NCBI GenBank assembly: GCA_039621445.1
Contig: CP154954.1
Span: 34,569,737 to 34,633,736 of the forward strand
Length of the DNA stretch: 64,000 bases
DNA from: Euglena gracilis
Taxonomy: Eukaryota
Direction of reading: 5' to 3'
The notes under the pieces: generated by a model
Told to the model about the DNA's origin: nothing
What the model saw: the letters and a program-made list of their open reading frames with translations, nothing else
The model's database searches: none
Part shown: in pieces, positions 61,011 through 64,000 of the stretch
Layout of the letters: every line of letters begins with the position of its first letter
How positions within the stretch are numbered: the stretch's first letter is position 1
Translations under genes and position numbers: made by a program

Positions 61011-64000
61011 TGCGGCCTCGAGTTGGCTGTATTATTTCCCCCCAAAATACGCCACTCGGAGAGAAATCGATGACTCTCTGCTTGGTTTCTCTCAGGGTGC
61101 AGCGGGGGAGGGGGGTACTTGGAAGGGGGGAAACTCTGCACCACTAATATAAACGTGCCAAAAATATGCCCCGGAAATATGCCCCCGGCACGTTGTTATT
61201 GGGGGTTTGCACCACACAGTCAGGCAGTGCTTTTGAGATTGCCCTGTACGTAGAAGGGCGGGGTGGTGAAGTTTGACATTCAGGCCAGGTGGGGTTCCAA
61301 ACCCTGCTTTCCGTCCAGGGGGAGATTTGACAAAATGCATCTCCACCGGTGGCAAGATTGGGCGTTTTTTAAAGCATTATGGTGACTGCAACCTGGGTGT
61401 GTACAAAAAAAACCATGTCCTCCAGGGAAGAAACATAAAACAGCAAAATCAAACCCCAATGCAATTTGAGAGGGGTTACACCAGTTACGAAATGGGCATT
61501 TCTTTTTGCCTCTTTTTGCCTTTTTGCCTACACCAGTTTGCGCATTTGCGGAGTTTTTCTGAGATTTTTTTAATGAAAATTGTCCAAACGTTTACACATA
61601 AGTGCACGTTTGGACGGTTTTGGAAGATTGGCACGGTTTGTACGTGTTAATGCAATCTCAAGGATTGAGCCCTTTCAGCCGTCATGCCCCTTTTTTTCCA
61701 TTACGTTAGGTGGAATTATTTCTTTTTCTGACACTTCTTGGTGAACATATGTGATACACAAAATTTCACTTTGTGACAAATGAATACTCTTTTTTGGGGT
61801 GATACAAATGAAACAAACCTGCCCTTGCACCAACGTGGGGGGACACACTGTGTACAGGTGGAAAAAGATTCCCCCCCCCCCCACAAACAAGGTGCAGCTG
61901 AACTGCAACACCGTTCTGGGATTCGGGAAGAATTTTTATAGAACTGGCATATTTCTCAGAAGTTTCCAAGCACAACATGAACACAATTCTCTCCTGACGT
62001 GCCAATGGACATCCTAGCTCTCTGGCAGGAAGGGGGCACGGGTTGGGTTCCCAATGGCAATGACACAGAAAACCTGCCAAAAGACGGCCGCGGGAGGGAT
62101 ACACGCCCAATGCGGTCACGGCTATCGATGCAAGGCGGGGTCAAATAAACGGGAAAGATCCTTGAACCAGAGATTCACTCACCCCCTGGGGGGGGGGGAC
62201 TTTTCCCCGGCCCTGAACCAACTCACCCACTTTTGTTTAAAACCTCCCCCCACCCACCCACGACCAGGCTGTTTTTTGCCAACCCCCGGGGGGGGGAGGG
62301 GGAGGTCCGGAGTGCCTGTGAGTGCCTGCCCAGGCAGGCACTGCCCCCCCCCCGGGGGGGGGTTGGATTTCGGCCTGTGCCTAGGCATATTCCTTTGAAA
62401 ATAGGCCATTTTTGGCTCCCCGGCGTTGTGCTAGGGCACTTTTGGCCGTGTGCCCCCCTCCCCCGGGGTCGGATTTGGAGTGCCTTGGAGTGCCTGCCCA
62501 GGCAGGCACCCCCCGCCCCGGGGTGGGGTCGGCACCTGACTTAAATACAGCCTGCCCATGACCCCCCCCCCCCCAGGGGTCAACCACCCACTCACCCACC
62601 CAAAATCAAGCCATAATTGGCCGAAAATGCTGATAAAATGTTTCCAGCCTGGCTTTTGGGCGGATAAAAACTGACCCCTGGCGCACCCCGGGGGGTGGGA
62701 GTCCTGGCCACCCACTCTTGAAACCCCCGGCAGGCTTGTATGGGAATCTCAGAGGGGGGGGGGAGGGACCCCCCTTCCTACCTCCAGTTTTTCGGTCGCC
62801 GAACTTCTCGCTGTTGAGTGCAAAACTTCGGCCCTTTTTTGAGTCAAAAATGAATTTTTCTGAAATTTCTCAAAAATGGCGGGGAGTTAAAAGAAATATC
62901 CAGAGACTTAAATTGAAGCCCTTAAAATGCCCCATCTAACAGTATTTGATTTCTCCGCAACTCCCCGTCTAGCCCGAGTTATGAGCATTTTTCGACCAAT
63001 TTTGGCTGTTTTGCCAAAATTTCATACTGAGCGTCAAGCAGGCTGGTGCTCACCGACCGGGGGGGGGAGGGGGGGGGTGCTATGGGGTGCCTGCCCCTAG
63101 CAGGCGCACCGCCCTGAGGTGGGGGACCCAGAAAACTTTCATTGAAAATGGCCTTTTCTGGGCCCCGGTGCCTTTGGCGCTGGGCTCAGAGGGGGGGGGG
63201 TGCTTGCTATGGACAGGCTGGTGGGCACCCGACATGAAGCGTCAGAAGTTTTTTTTTTGCCCCTGCAGCTTCGAGCCAGTCTGAAAGAATTCAACGCCTC
63301 AATATCGACCGAAAATGCTATTCAGGGCACCTTTTGAGGCAAAAACCAAAATTCAGCCGGGCTATTTTTCTGCCAAAAAAAATGAAGCGAAAAAACCAAA
63401 AATAGATAAAAAAAGTATTTTTGTCGATTTTTGACCACTTTTGTCCCATCACCCAGCTTGGGTGTGCTGGCCCAACTTCATTTCAGCGGACCACAGGGGG
63501 TCTGGACCCCTACATGGGGGGGGTCAGACCCTCCTCCTTTCGAAACGGCAAGGTGCCAGGAAAATTTTCGGTTCTTTGGACGGCCAAAGAACCGGATATC
63601 AGGCCAACATTGTTGGAAAATCCCCAATTTTTCTTTGAAAATAAAATCCAAACATCCTCTTCTTCTTGAAAAATTTGAACTTTTTTCCCCATGCGGACGA
63701 ACACCAAAGCATCCAAAAAAGTGCAATGTGCTGAACAGCGAGCAATATTATGCATTTTCCGGCATGCAGCGCTGGAAAAAGTTTTTTGGCGTTTTTGAAA
63801 CCTGTCAACGAGGGGGGTCCAGACCCCGGCCAGGGCGTGGGGGCACCCTGGCACCCGCCTGGTCGGGGGGAGCCGAGTGGGGCAAGGGGCCGAAGGAGGT
63901 CTTGGAGGCCCAGGCTGGAGGCAGGCGGGCGGTCACTCATCCACCTCCAGGACCCCCCATGGCCTCAGGCAGCTGGCCATGCCGGACCCCTGGAGGGCAG

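Noticed and set aside
1-64000. tRNA, rRNA or spliced-leader RNA genes; autonomous hAT or MULE transposase
   Set aside because: None recognised by eye; a covariance-model and translated HMM search would be needed to exclude them.

Overview
Eukaryotic, repeat-dense genomic DNA, almost certainly from a euglenid (Euglena-like). This is inferred from the many non-GT-AG introns with base-paired ends and from a LYS2 gene, since euglenids use the alpha-aminoadipate lysine pathway. The ORF track misses the real genes because exons are short. Reading by hand gives: (1) a + strand alpha-aminoadipate reductase gene (LYS2-like; truncated C/ADA, A, PCP and R domains; ~3.8 kb CDS, ~1,270 aa) in about 30 exons from 18161 to 52596, with ~18 nonconventional, 10 GT-AG and 1 unresolved intron; (2) the 3' part of a minus-strand gene ending in a C-terminal RING-HC finger (stop at 54341); (3) many non-autonomous DNA transposons: hAT-type MITEs with CAGGG...CCCTG ends and 8-bp TSDs, a 9.7-kb Foldback-like palindrome of 34/44-bp satellite units with a ~320-bp relative, and a palindromic Tc1/mariner remnant. 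The main observation is that the nonconventional intron 42867-42987 is recognisably a member of an hAT MITE family found twice elsewhere in the window. The intron geometry (3 nt + CAG...CTG + 5 nt) equals the element plus one 8-bp TSD, which points to an hAT-MITE 'introner' route for making these introns. Homopolymer-rich segments show probable consensus errors, so some boundaries are uncertain by a few nt.
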